This document shows, piece after piece, positions 29,818 to 38,778 of a DNA stretch of 64,000 nucleotides. The notes beneath the pieces were generated by a model. It was not told the DNA's origin, did no database searches, and worked only from the letters and a program-made list of their open reading frames with translations. The first letter of the stretch is position 1. The number at the start of each line of letters is the position of its first letter. Origin of the DNA: an uncultured bacterium (lineage in GTDB: Bacteria; Patescibacteriota; Minisyncoccia; UBA6257; GWB1-50-10); NCBI GenBank assembly GCA_963713955.1, contig OY970216.1:8075-72074 (forward strand). Reading direction: 5' to 3'. A program made the translations under genes and the position numbers.

Positions 29818-30242
29818 GACCAAAACCACTCACTATCGCAGAAGTAGAATATACTGCTTTCAGGTTGGCTGAAAAACTGATGACCTGGGACGAGCCCATA
29901 CCTGATTTTGGCTCCAGATTTCCGAATATACTTGAGAGTTGTCTAGAAAGCCCGTTTGCGAGATTCAGTAAGAAAGATCTTTATAGAGGTTTGGTTGGCA
30001 AGGCGAGTGTAATGTTCTATCTCATGATCAAAAATCACCCTTTTCAAAACGGCAATAAAAGAATTGCTGTGATGACTTTGTTGTATTTCCTGTATAAAAA
30101 TGGGAAGTGGCTTAAAATAGATAATGTCCATTTATATAACTTTGCAAGAGGTATAGCCAAAAGCAAACCTCGATCAAGAGAAAAGATAATGCTTCAGATA
30201 CAGGGCCTGTTAAAGAAAAATATCGTCAGTTACCTGACTTAA
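29814..30242 (+). CDS. Fic/Doc-family toxin
   Basis: NHPFQNGNKRIA Fic/Doc motif. Confidence 0.9.
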   Translation: MRPKPLTIAEVEYTAFRLAEKLMTWDEPIPDFGSRFPNILESCLESPFARFSKKDLYRGLVGKASVMFYLMIKNHPFQNGNKRIAVMTLLYFLYKNGKWLKIDNVHLYNFARGIAKSKPRSREKIMLQIQGLLKKNIVSYLT

Positions 30243-30299
30243 TATATTACTCCGCGCGATGGAGGAATTAAAAAATGAAAGATTATAACAAATACCTAC

Positions 30300-30374
30300 T
30301 GGGGTGCCCAGAGAGAATTGAACTCTCGATATCGGCTCCACAGGCCGAAGTTTTACCGCTAAACTATGGGCACC
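30300..30374 (-). tRNA. tRNA-His (GTG), with G-1 and encoded CCA
   Basis: GGTGCCCATAGTTTAGCGGTAAAACTTCGGCCT-GTG-GAGCCGA...GTTCAATTCTCTCTGGGCACCCCA. Confidence 0.95.
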
Positions 30375-30501
30375 ATGTCACAATTTTAATAGAACCAAAT
30401 GAGGTCTAAGATGCGTCGAAGTTTTAAATTGTCTAGAACTTGGCAGTTATAAAACCTCTCCTTAGAGTTAATAATAAACCCGATATGCTAATATGTAAAC
30501 C

Positions 30502-31254
30502 ATGGGAGGGCTATTAGATAACCTTGGGCAGATCGTTTTGACCCACCAAGCGTGGAGTCACTACCTGATTGCGCTCGGTGTGCTCCTTCAGGGCGAGGTC
30601 ACCGTCCTCGTATCTGTCTACCTTGTCATAAACGGGAGTCTGGGCTGGCTTGATTTTCTCATACCCGCCTTCCTGGGGATTCTCATCGGCGATTACCTCT
30701 TGTACTTTGTGGGAAGACTGCTCCGGGGCACTCGTTTCGGGTGGAAGGCATACAAGAAACTGAAGCAGAACAAAAATGCGCAGTTCTATACCTATTATGT
30801 CTCCCAAAATCTGAAGAAAATCATAATTCTCTCGAAGTTTCTCATCGGAACGAACTTCCTCGCCATGCTCGCCGTCGGCTGGACCAAGGTCAAGTTCGGA
30901 AAATTCTTCAAGGCGCACCTCCTCGCGGCCCTCGCCTGGCTCCTCGGCGTCACTCTCGTTTCTTATTTCCTGGCGGGTGGACTCTACCTCTTGAAAGCCG
31001 AGAAGGTTTTCAAACAAGTGGAGGTAGGAATTGTCATAATATTGGTGCTCCTCATCGGCGGAGAAGTCCTTCTCAAGAAAATTCTCGGCAGGTCTCTTAC
31101 CTTCGAATCGAAAATGAAAGATCTCGGCGAAAAATTAAACGAGGGACTGGAAGAAAGTAACCCGCAAAATGACCAGGAACCAGGAGGCAACCGGATCAAA
31201 AGCGAACACGCGGGAAACATCTTCAAGCGCGGGGGAAAAGAGGAAGGCGATTGA
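30502..31254 (+). CDS. DedA/VTT-family membrane protein
   Basis: GILIGDYLLYFVGR, IILSKFLIG and several TM helices. Confidence 0.75.
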   Translation: MGGLLDNLGQIVLTHQAWSHYLIALGVLLQGEVTVLVSVYLVINGSLGWLDFLIPAFLGILIGDYLLYFVGRLLRGTRFGWKAYKKLKQNKNAQFYTYYVSQNLKKIIILSKFLIGTNFLAMLAVGWTKVKFGKFFKAHLLAALAWLLGVTLVSYFLAGGLYLLKAEKVFKQVEVGIVIILVLLIGGEVLLKKILGRSLTFESKMKDLGEKLNEGLEESNPQNDQEPGGNRIKSEHAGNIFKRGGKEEGD

Positions 31255-31268
31255 CCTTCGCGGCAAGG

Positions 31269-31343
31269 ACCCCGCACCAAAACGAATGCTACACTTGCAC
31301 GGCTCCCGCCGAAGTGACCCGGAGCATTCGTTTGGTGACGGGG
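31269..31343. repeat. Miniature inverted-repeat element between convergent genes
   Basis: ACCCCGCACCAAAACGAATGCT ... AGCATTCGTTTGGTGACGGGG, an imperfect inverted repeat. Confidence 0.6.
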
Positions 31344-31355
31344 CAAGTGAAATCG

Positions 31356-31685
31356 TTAACCGAGAAGTTTGTTAACTTTAGCTGCTAAAATGAAGTCATT
31401 CTCTGACAACCCGCCGATCGCGTGCGTGGAAAGCGTGAGTTTCACTTTGTTGTAGAAAACATAGATATCCGGATGGTGATCTTCTTCGTTCGCGATGTCG
31501 GCGACGCGGTTCACGAAGTCCATTGATTCTTTGAAATTCTTGAACTCAAAATTGCGGCTGATGCTTTTTTTGTCACCGGCGAGTTCCCACCCCAGAACTT
31601 CCGCCATGTATTTATTCGCCTCTTCCTCCGTCATCGGAGGCATACCCCCTTCGCACGGCACGCATTTCTTTGAAGTCAAATCCAT
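31356..31685 (-). CDS. phhB: Pterin-4-alpha-carbinolamine dehydratase
   Basis: CVPCEGG, EDHHPD and THAIGGLSENDFILAAK. Confidence 0.92.
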   Translation of the reverse strand: MDLTSKKCVPCEGGMPPMTEEEANKYMAEVLGWELAGDKKSISRNFEFKNFKESMDFVNRVADIANEEDHHPDIYVFYNKVKLTLSTHAIGGLSENDFILAAKVNKLLG

Positions 31686-31707
31686 TTTTTTATTATATAA
31701 TATACGC

Positions 31708-31998
31708 ATGGAAACAATAATCGGCTGGTGCGCGGCAGCGATGGGCGTCGTAATGTCGCTCGCCTACTATCCGCAAGCGTATAAAATCTGGAGAACAAAA
31801 TCGTCTGAAGACATCTCTGTCTTCACATATCTCATGTTCGGTATCGGCACGGTCGTGTGGTTCATTTATGGCGCGTACCTGCGCGATTCTGTCATCATGA
31901 TTGGGTTCTTGTTCGGCGTCATCGGCTCGTGGCTTGTATTACTTCTCTCGCTGCGATACAAAAAGCGGATTCCCGCCGAGAACAACAAAAAAGGATAA
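31708..31998 (+). CDS. SemiSWEET / PQ-loop transporter
   Basis: YYPQAYKIWRTKSSEDIS, WFIYG and 3 TM helices; start set at ATG 31708. Confidence 0.88.
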   Translation: METIIGWCAAAMGVVMSLAYYPQAYKIWRTKSSEDISVFTYLMFGIGTVVWFIYGAYLRDSVIMIGFLFGVIGSWLVLLLSLRYKKRIPAENNKKG

Positions 31999-32001
31999 CC
32001 T

Positions 32002-32029
32002 AAAACCACCCGAGAAATCGGGTGGTTTT
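32002..32029. terminator. Bidirectional terminator
   Basis: AAAACCACCCGA-GAAA-TCGGGTGGTTTT between the convergent SemiSWEET gene and tRNA-Phe. Confidence 0.85.
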
Positions 32030-32031
32030 GC

Positions 32032-32106
32032 TGGTGCCGCGGGAGGGAGTCGAACCCCCGACGCCGGCCTCTTCAGGGCCGCGCTCTACCGCTGAGCTAC
32101 CGCGGC
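32032..32106 (-). tRNA. tRNA-Phe (GAA)
   Basis: GCCGCGGTAGCTCAGCGGTAGAGCGCGGCCCT-GAA-GAGGCCG...GTTCGACTCCCTCCCGCGGCACCA. Confidence 0.96.
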
Positions 32107-32242
32107 TTTCATCGATAATTGAGCTAATGAGTATGGTAAATCAGTTCTCTCTTTCTTTCAATCCTATTCTGAGTTATCCCCAGAATCTATGGCCTCCCGC
32201 TCTCCCTAAGGAGAGCGGGAGGCCATATTCAGAGCGGGAGGC

Positions 32243-33325
32243 CTAAAATTTCTGGAGATCGTAAATGTTCGAAGGGTTCCATGCCATCCACGTATCGCCG
32301 AATCCGGCGTCCTTGATGGCTCTGATTTCATCCTGAATTTTCGTCCTGTCATAAACGGCCCCCATATTGAAATCCTGAATCCACGGCCGCACGATCGCAG
32401 TCGAACTCGCCGGCAAGAATTTCTTTCCGTCCTCAAGCGTTTGGAATACAACTTCGTACGGGTCATCCGCCGGGTTCGGGAAACCGAAATTACCGGGCAG
32501 GTAGTGCGACGGATAAACCATCGGCGAGATGACATCGAAATACTTGGCGGCGTCTCCCGCCCGCTGACCCACCCCCAACCCGTCGTTCCGAATAAAACTG
32601 TACGCGAAGAGATCGACCGAGAGCACCGCTCCCGGTTTTTTCTTCCTAATCTCCGAAGTCAAGTACTTAAAAAAATCGTCTATCACGGCAACCTTGGAGG
32701 TCGTGCCGTTGTAAATCGGATACCTCACTCCGCCCGTATCACCATCGGATGGAAATCTCACATAATCGAAGTTGACCTCGCGGAATCCCAGGTTCAGTGC
32801 ATCGACGGCAACTGCAACCGTCCGATCCCAAACCTCGCGGCTCGCCGGGTCAACCCAGCGATAGCTCCCGCCGCTCGACCAGAGTGTCCCCGAGGCGTCA
32901 CACAACGCGAGATCCGGGCGCGCCAGAGCCAGCGCATTATCCTGGAAAACGACAATGCGGGCGATCGGGTAAACGCCCTCTTCGTTGAATTTCTCCACGA
33001 CGTGTTTCATACCATCCCCTACGTACGTTCCGTCGCCGTCTTTGACATTCACCACAACAGCATTCAGATGATCCGTCTTTATCACGTTCATCACCCCCTG
33101 AACCATCGAGGGAACCGAGGCTGCATAGGCGGTTAGATACAAAGCTTTCACGCCCTTCAGAGGTACCGCCGCAGCCGGAGAAGAAGCGGAAGAAGTAGAA
33201 ATTGAATTGGAAGCGACAGGCTGCAACCCCGAGGGAAATGATTGCAACCCTTCCTTAAAACCGAAAACAACGAGGGCCACGCAACATATGACGATCAGCG
33301 AATTGATCAATATTTCTTTATTCAT
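32243..33325 (-). CDS. Putative glycoside hydrolase (DUF4015-like)
   Basis: KALYLT, IARIVVFQD, WVDP, EVNFDYVRFP, PMVYPSHY and RPWIQDF. Confidence 0.82.
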   Translation of the reverse strand: MNKEILINSLIVICCVALVVFGFKEGLQSFPSGLQPVASNSISTSSASSPAAAVPLKGVKALYLTAYAASVPSMVQGVMNVIKTDHLNAVVVNVKDGDGTYVGDGMKHVVEKFNEEGVYPIARIVVFQDNALALARPDLALCDASGTLWSSGGSYRWVDPASREVWDRTVAVAVDALNLGFREVNFDYVRFPSDGDTGGVRYPIYNGTTSKVAVIDDFFKYLTSEIRKKKPGAVLSVDLFAYSFIRNDGLGVGQRAGDAAKYFDVISPMVYPSHYLPGNFGFPNPADDPYEVVFQTLEDGKKFLPASSTAIVRPWIQDFNMGAVYDRTKIQDEIRAIKDAGFGDTWMAWNPSNIYDLQKF

Positions 33326-33352
33326 TCAAAATCAAAAACTGCTTAGCGAAAG

Positions 33353-33424
33353 TCCCCTCGGCAGGAATCGAACCCGCATCAACTCCTTAGAAGAGAGCTG
33401 CTCTATCCATTGAGCTACAAGGGG
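33353..33424 (-). tRNA. tRNA-Arg (TCT)
   Basis: CCCCTTGTAGCTCAATGGATAGAGCAGCTCTCT-TCT-AAGGAGT...GTTCGATTCCTGCCGAGGGGA. Confidence 0.93.
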
Positions 33425-33494
33425 AAAACCGGAAAATCTGTTTTACAATATACCTATTTTTGAATAGAATGTAAATAAATTGAAGATAAATAAA

Positions 33495-33565
33495 CGGGCC
33501 ATAGTGTAACGGTAGCACGAGTCCTTTGGGAGGATTTAGTTTCGGTTCAAATCCGGATGGCCCGA
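33495..33565 (+). tRNA. tRNA-Pro (TGG)
   Basis: CGGGCCATAGTGTAACGGTAGCACGAGTCCTT-TGG-GAGGATT...GTTCAAATCCGGATGGCCCGA; C1-G72 and A73. Confidence 0.92.
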
Positions 33566-33579
33566 CACCGCAATGGAAA

Positions 33580-35139
33580 CTATCCCAAGAGTTCCGGTAG
33601 GAGGCTTTGGCCGGTCATTTCTTTCGGCTTCTGGATTTTCATGAGGTCCAATATCGTCGGGGCCACGTCGGAGAGCATCCCCACGACGGGAAGTGGTGCG
33701 AGATCCGGCAATGGGGACTTCCTTTTGAATCGACGGGCGATAAGGTAAAGGGGAACGGGGCTTGGATCGTGTTTCGTTTCCTTTTCCCCCGTTTTGAGAT
33801 CAAGGAGCACCTCGGCATTGCCGTGATCGGACGTTATGATGACCGTCTGATCCAGGGGGTATGCGCTTTCCACGAGCCTTTTCAACTCAGCATCGACGAC
33901 GCCGATGGCTTTCTTGGTCGCTTCGTAGTTCCCCGTGTGCGCAACCATGTCCGGATTGGCATAGTTCACGAGGATGAAATCGAACGTGCCTTCGCTCAAG
34001 GCGGCGAGAACGCGGTCGGTCACGGGCTTCGCCATCATCTCGGGATGCTCGTCGTACCGGACGGAGTTCCCGGAAGGTATGAGAATCCGATACTCGCCGG
34101 GAAACGGCTCCTCGCGGAGACCGTTGAAAAAATACGTGACGTGGGCGTATTTCTCCGTCTCGGCAACCCGGAGCTGCATTTTGCCGCTGTCCGACAAAAC
34201 CTGCCCGAGAGATTCTTCGACCACTTCGTTGGGGAAGGCGGTCGGCACGACGAACGATTGATCGTAGGTCGTCATGGTCGCGACAAAAAGGTTTTTGAAA
34301 CGTTTCACCGGGAAATTATTGAAATCGGGATTTACGAACGCGCCGACGATCTGCTTCATCCGGTCCTCACGGAAATTAAAGAAGAATACCGCATCATTGT
34401 CGCAAATCGGATGCGCGGTTGTCATCAGGGACGGCTCGATGTATTCATCGTCCAGATTTTTATCGTAAGCTCTCTTCGTAATTTCCTCGACCGTCCCCCG
34501 GGAATCGCTCTCGCCAACGAGAACCCGGTACGCTTTCTCCGTCCTATCCCAATGTTTGTCCCGATCCATCGCATAGTACCTCCCCGAAACGCTCGCGAGC
34601 CGCTCCGCGAGATCAAGGCCAGTGTCGGCAGCAAAGCGCAGAAGGAGTTTGCGGAAAGATCGGGGGGCGCTGTCACGACCGTCCGAAAAGAGGTGAAGGT
34701 AGAAATTCTCACATTTCGTTTCCTGAGCCATCTTTATCAGCGCTTCGAGATCTTCGAGAGAGGAATGCACGTTCGCTTCCGTCAAAAGCCCCACGAGGTG
34801 AAGGTTCGATTTGTTTTTCGCCGCCCAGTCGAAAGTTTTGAGAATGACTTCGTTTTTGAAAAAGCTTCCGTCCTTGAGAGCCAGGGAAATTTTCGGGAAA
34901 TGTTCCAAGAGAACTCGGCCGGCACCCAAGGTCATATGCCCCACCTCGCTGTTTCCCTCTTCGTCATACGGCAATCCGATGGCCATCCCCGAAGCCTGAA
35001 GAGCTCCCGCGGGAAAGTTCGCTTGGATGTAGGCGATAGTCTTCGGCTCCGCGCGGTAAATGGGGTTACTTTCGTCGAGCCGACCCATCCCCCAGCCATC
35101 CAAGACCACCAAAACAACTGTTTGCTTCATCAGGGTCAT
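33580..35139 (-). CDS. gpmI: 2,3-bisphosphoglycerate-independent phosphoglycerate mutase
   Basis: LDGWG, GNSEVGH, GRYYAMDRD, ETEKYAHVTYFFNG, NPDMVAHTG and SDHGNAE. Confidence 0.96.
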   Translation of the reverse strand: MTLMKQTVVLVVLDGWGMGRLDESNPIYRAEPKTIAYIQANFPAGALQASGMAIGLPYDEEGNSEVGHMTLGAGRVLLEHFPKISLALKDGSFFKNEVILKTFDWAAKNKSNLHLVGLLTEANVHSSLEDLEALIKMAQETKCENFYLHLFSDGRDSAPRSFRKLLLRFAADTGLDLAERLASVSGRYYAMDRDKHWDRTEKAYRVLVGESDSRGTVEEITKRAYDKNLDDEYIEPSLMTTAHPICDNDAVFFFNFREDRMKQIVGAFVNPDFNNFPVKRFKNLFVATMTTYDQSFVVPTAFPNEVVEESLGQVLSDSGKMQLRVAETEKYAHVTYFFNGLREEPFPGEYRILIPSGNSVRYDEHPEMMAKPVTDRVLAALSEGTFDFILVNYANPDMVAHTGNYEATKKAIGVVDAELKRLVESAYPLDQTVIITSDHGNAEVLLDLKTGEKETKHDPSPVPLYLIARRFKRKSPLPDLAPLPVVGMLSDVAPTILDLMKIQKPKEMTGQSLLPELLG

Positions 35140-35226
35140 TTTAAACCGGCAAGTTGTAAGTTACCAGTCGTTGGTTTATAATCAAGATACAAAAGTCGAT
35201 GAATTTCAACATTTACCTTTTGAAAC

Positions 35227-36744
35227 ATGGAACTAACCCCCTGGATCGTGGGCGGTTTGTTGGGCTTGGCGATTGGTTACGCAATAAGATTATCGGTTGC
35301 AAAAAAACTCCAAAACTCAATAGAGCAAAAAGCTGAAGCTCAGCTTGAAGCCGCGAAATCCGAAGCAAAAGAAATAATCGTGGAGGCAAAGGACAAGGCC
35401 TCCCAAGTGCTCGCCGATGCGGGCAAGGAAGAAAGAGAGAGAAAACAAGAACTGAGGCAACTTGAGGATCGGCTCCTCAGGCGCGAGGATACGCTCGACC
35501 AAAAAGTCAGAGATCTCGAGAATGACGGAAAATCACTGAAGCTCAAAGAAAACGAAATCAAGGAGCGGATGAACGATGTCGAATCCTTGCGACAGCGGGC
35601 CATCGGTGAGCTCGAGAACGTTTCGGGGCTCACGCGCGAAGACGCGAAAAAAGCGATGTTCGAGGAGATCGAGACCTCTTACCGGCAAGACCTGGCGAAT
35701 TCCATCGTCAAACTCGAGAAGGAACGCCGCGAGGAAACCGAGTCCAAAGCGAACGAGATCATAACGGCGGCCATTCAGAGATACGCCCGAAATTCGATCG
35801 CCGACATAACGACGAGTGTCGTCAATCTCCCCGACGAAGAAATCAAGGCGAAAATAATCGGGAAGGAAGGAAGGAACATAAGAACGTTCGAAAGATTGAC
35901 CGGCGTCGAAGTCATCGTAGACGAGACGCCGGAGAACGTCGTCCTTTCCTCTTTCGACCCCATGAGACGGGAGCTCGCAAAAATGGCCCTCGAGAAACTC
36001 ATAAAAGACGGGCGTATCCACCCGGCAAAAATAGAAGAGAAGGTTGAGGAAGCGAGGCAAGAGCTCGAACAGAGAATACAAAAGATAGGAGAGGAAGCGG
36101 CCTATGAAGTCGGCATTCTGGACTTGCCGAAGGAGATAGTATACCTCTTGGGAAGACTGAATTTCAGGACGAGCTACGGACAAAACGTCCTCTTGCACTC
36201 GATAGAAATGGCGCATATTTCCGGCATGATGGCCGAGGAATTGAACCTCAACGTCGAAGTCGCTAAAAAAGGCGCGCTCCTGCACGACATTGGCAAAGCC
36301 GTGGACCATGAGGTGGAGGGAACGCATGTCGAGATAGGAAGGAAACTCCTCAAGAAGTACGGGATACCGGAGAATGTGATCAAGACCATGGAATCCCACC
36401 ACGAGGAGTATCCCTACTCGACGCCTGAATCGTACATCGTCTCCGCGGCCGATGCCATTTCGGCGGCGAGGCCGGGCGCGCGCCGCGACACGCTTGAAAA
36501 GTACATAAAACGCCTGGAGGACATCGAGAAGACCGTCCAAGGTTTTGAAGGCGTGAAGCAATCCTATGCCGTCTCGGCCGGCAGAGAAGTAAGAGTGTTC
36601 GTCGTGCCGGAGAAAATAGACGATTTTGGAGCCCTGGAACTTGCGAAGAAAATCGCGAGCAAGATTCAATCTGATGTCCAGTATCCCGGGGAGATAAAAG
36701 TCACCGTGATACGGGAGGTGAGGGCGGTGGAATACGCGAGATAA
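35227..36744 (+). CDS. rny: Ribonuclease Y
   Basis: N-terminal TM, coiled coil, KH domain (IIGKEGRNIR) and HD domain (LLHDIGKA). Confidence 0.96.
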   Translation: MELTPWIVGGLLGLAIGYAIRLSVAKKLQNSIEQKAEAQLEAAKSEAKEIIVEAKDKASQVLADAGKEERERKQELRQLEDRLLRREDTLDQKVRDLENDGKSLKLKENEIKERMNDVESLRQRAIGELENVSGLTREDAKKAMFEEIETSYRQDLANSIVKLEKERREETESKANEIITAAIQRYARNSIADITTSVVNLPDEEIKAKIIGKEGRNIRTFERLTGVEVIVDETPENVVLSSFDPMRRELAKMALEKLIKDGRIHPAKIEEKVEEARQELEQRIQKIGEEAAYEVGILDLPKEIVYLLGRLNFRTSYGQNVLLHSIEMAHISGMMAEELNLNVEVAKKGALLHDIGKAVDHEVEGTHVEIGRKLLKKYGIPENVIKTMESHHEEYPYSTPESYIVSAADAISAARPGARRDTLEKYIKRLEDIEKTVQGFEGVKQSYAVSAGREVRVFVVPEKIDDFGALELAKKIASKIQSDVQYPGEIKVTVIREVRAVEYAR

Positions 36745-36795
36745 CTTGTGCTCGGCAGGTACTCCTCCTCAGGCAGTCTCCGGGGCGACGCCCAA

Positions 36796-36828
36796 GCCCT
36801 GCACTACAACTTCGTTGTAGTGCAGGGC
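36796..36828. repeat. Perfect 15-bp hairpin (REP-like) nested in a larger stem downstream of rny
   Basis: GCCCTGCACTACAAC-TTC-GTTGTAGTGCAGGGC; outer stem GCAGGTACTCCT/AGGAGTGCCTGC. Confidence 0.75.
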
Positions 36829-37003
36829 AAGTCTTAGCCTTCGGAAGGAGTGCCTGCCTCGCTTTCTCTGTGCCATGGCTTCAGACTCCGCACGGTTTTC
36901 TCGGATCCAGGAGGGTATCCCCCTTATTACTGAATTGTATAGTAAAATAGAGGTGGATTTGCTATAATACTTTTAAAGAAAGGTCGGTAAACCAAAAACA
37001 ATC

Positions 37004-37279
37004 ATGAAAAAAGACGGATTGGTGGAGGCTGTCATCAAAGCAGCCAATACGGAAACGAAGAAGCAGGCTCAGCAGGCGGTCGAGGCCGTTTTCGAAACGA
37101 TAGTCAAATCACTCTCAAGAGGAGAAGAGGTCGCCATAGCCGGCTTCGGGACGTTCAGGGTAGCTAAGAGGGCGGCGAGAATGGGTGTCAATCCTAAAAC
37201 CGGCGAAAAAATACAGATCGCCGCGTCGACAAAACCCAAATTCAGGGCCGGCAAGTTCCTGAAAGAAGCCGTTAAGTAA
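37004..37279 (+). CDS. hup: DNA-binding protein HU
   Basis: GFGTF...RAARMGVNPKTGEKIQI...PKFRAGK. Confidence 0.96.
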   Translation: MKKDGLVEAVIKAANTETKKQAQQAVEAVFETIVKSLSRGEEVAIAGFGTFRVAKRAARMGVNPKTGEKIQIAASTKPKFRAGKFLKEAVK

Positions 37280-37296
37280 ATTTAAGAAGCGCTTCT

Positions 37297-37334
37297 TAAC
37301 AAAAAATCCCCCTTTGGACGGGGATTTTTTGTTA
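37297..37334. terminator. Bidirectional terminator
   Basis: TAACAAAAAATCCCC...GGGGATTTTTTGTTA. Confidence 0.85.
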
Positions 37335-37363
37335 CTCTCGCTTTTTCGCTCCTGCGAGTCGCG

Positions 37364-38320
37364 CTATTGAAGCAATTTCCTCACAAAATTGCTTATATCA
37401 ATAAAGTTCTGATAAGCGCCTTTGACTTTCGCCAAAGACGAATTTACCAGATCTTTAATTGATACAACCTGAGAAGATCCTCCCGCCGCACCTGAGTCGG
37501 TGCTGGAACTTGTGGTCGCGGTGGATGTCGCTGACGACGAGTCGGATGTGGTGGTAGACGTCACCGTGGAAGAGGCTTCCAGAGCGGCAGTGCCCGTCGC
37601 AGAAGAAGTCGAGTCACTTCCCGGCGTGACTTCGGTGCTCGTGGAAGAAGTCGCCGTGAGGGGACTTACGTATCGTTCCAAGAATAAGTTGTAAGCCTCC
37701 CCATTCAAATCATTCGCTTCCTTTATGTCTTCCTTAGCCGCATCCAGCATGTCGCTGATCGTCTGCCGGTCCTTGGTCTTGAAGGTCAAAGAAGAAAGGT
37801 CCTTGGTTATATTCGTGAGCCTTTTTTGGGAAGTGTTTATTGCGGAAAATTCCTGCTGCACCAGAAGGAAATCCTGTACCTGACTGGTCAAGGGCAGATA
37901 GTCGGCATCCCTCCAGGTTTTAAAATCCTCGGCGACGGTTTTTATTCCGGCCAAATCAAGTGAAGAGGTACCGGTAATAAGTTGCCTCTCCGAATCAAAG
38001 TAAGAAAGATCTTGTTTCAACTGATCCGTTGAACTACTAACCCAGGCATCATAATCCGGATTCTTGGGAACTTGAAAAAGCTTAGATTCAAAATCCTTCA
38101 CCTCAGCGGTAGAGAGATCAAGAACTTGCTTGAAAGCGTTGATTCTCAAAGCTACGTCGTCCACGCTGCCTTCATCTTTGGCCGTGACGAGACTGTCCAG
38201 GGCGTCTTTCGCGTTCTGGAAAACCTGAGTCACCGGGCTCGCGTCGTCCGCCAATGCAACCCTCGAAAAGCCGAAACCCGCAACTATCAATATGAATGCC
38301 GATATTAAAACTTTTTTCAT
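37364..38320 (-). CDS. Secreted helical hypothetical protein with a Ser/Thr-rich linker
   Basis: Signal peptide; third gene of the ECF sigma operon. Confidence 0.75.
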   Translation of the reverse strand: MKKVLISAFILIVAGFGFSRVALADDASPVTQVFQNAKDALDSLVTAKDEGSVDDVALRINAFKQVLDLSTAEVKDFESKLFQVPKNPDYDAWVSSSTDQLKQDLSYFDSERQLITGTSSLDLAGIKTVAEDFKTWRDADYLPLTSQVQDFLLVQQEFSAINTSQKRLTNITKDLSSLTFKTKDRQTISDMLDAAKEDIKEANDLNGEAYNLFLERYVSPLTATSSTSTEVTPGSDSTSSATGTAALEASSTVTSTTTSDSSSATSTATTSSSTDSGAAGGSSQVVSIKDLVNSSLAKVKGAYQNFIDISNFVRKLLQ

Positions 38321-38778
38321 TGCAAAACTTGGTTCAAGAGGTTATCTATCTTGGAACTTTGATCGGTCACCGTACTGCTCGTAATCTTTGCACTCTCCGA
38401 TTGCAATACATCCCCATTCAGATGGGGCGCCTTATTGCTCGTTATCGCGGAAATAGCATTGTTAATCGTCTGATTGACCTCGTTGTTATAGCTGACTTCC
38501 TGCAAGGTGATATTGATGTTCATGTCCGCCAGTTCTCTGTTCAGCGTCTCGGCACTTGCCAAAGGAAGAACGTTACCTCTCGTCGGTATGAAAACGTAAC
38601 CCAAAATCACGAGGAACACCAAGGCGAAAGAAGCCGCCCATGCGACAAGATAAGTCTTCACCGTGAAGTTCCTCTTCTTTTCAAAGGAAAAGATGAGGGC
38701 TTTGCTTCCCCGTAAAAAGGATTCATCGGGCTCTATGGTTCTAAACCTCTTTAGTTGTTTCTTTAAATCTTGACTCAT
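38317..38778 (-). CDS. Single-pass membrane protein, possible anti-sigma factor
   Basis: Short cytoplasmic N-terminus (IEPDESF) plus one TM; overlaps the 3' end of the ECF sigma gene. Confidence 0.65.
   Translation of the reverse strand: MSQDLKKQLKRFRTIEPDESFLRGSKALIFSFEKKRNFTVKTYLVAWAASFALVFLVILGYVFIPTRGNVLPLASAETLNRELADMNINITLQEVSYNNEVNQTINNAISAITSNKAPHLNGDVLQSESAKITSSTVTDQSSKIDNLLNQVLQ

Larger units (their letters stand above)
26772..30266 (+). repeat. Five co-oriented related sites, consensus CTCC-GCGCGAT-GGAG (at 26772, 28277, 29097, 29470, 30250)
   Basis: CTCCGCACGCTGGAG, CTCCGCGCACTGGAT, CTCCGCGCGATGGAG, TCCCGCGCGATGGAG and CTCCGCGCGATGGAG; all lie between called genes. Confidence 0.8.

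Noticed and set aside
26772-30266. CRISPR array or classical integron attC interpretation of the five repeated sites
   Set aside because: Spacing is 370-1500 bp and contains whole genes. There are no cas genes, no RYYYAAC/GTTRRRY attC ends and no intI. No CRISPR array was seen anywhere in the window.
33607-36669. Long ORFs opposite gpmI (33607-35181) and rny (35533-36669)
   Set aside because: Antisense shadows of well-conserved genes. The same applies to 60292-61128 opposite trpS.
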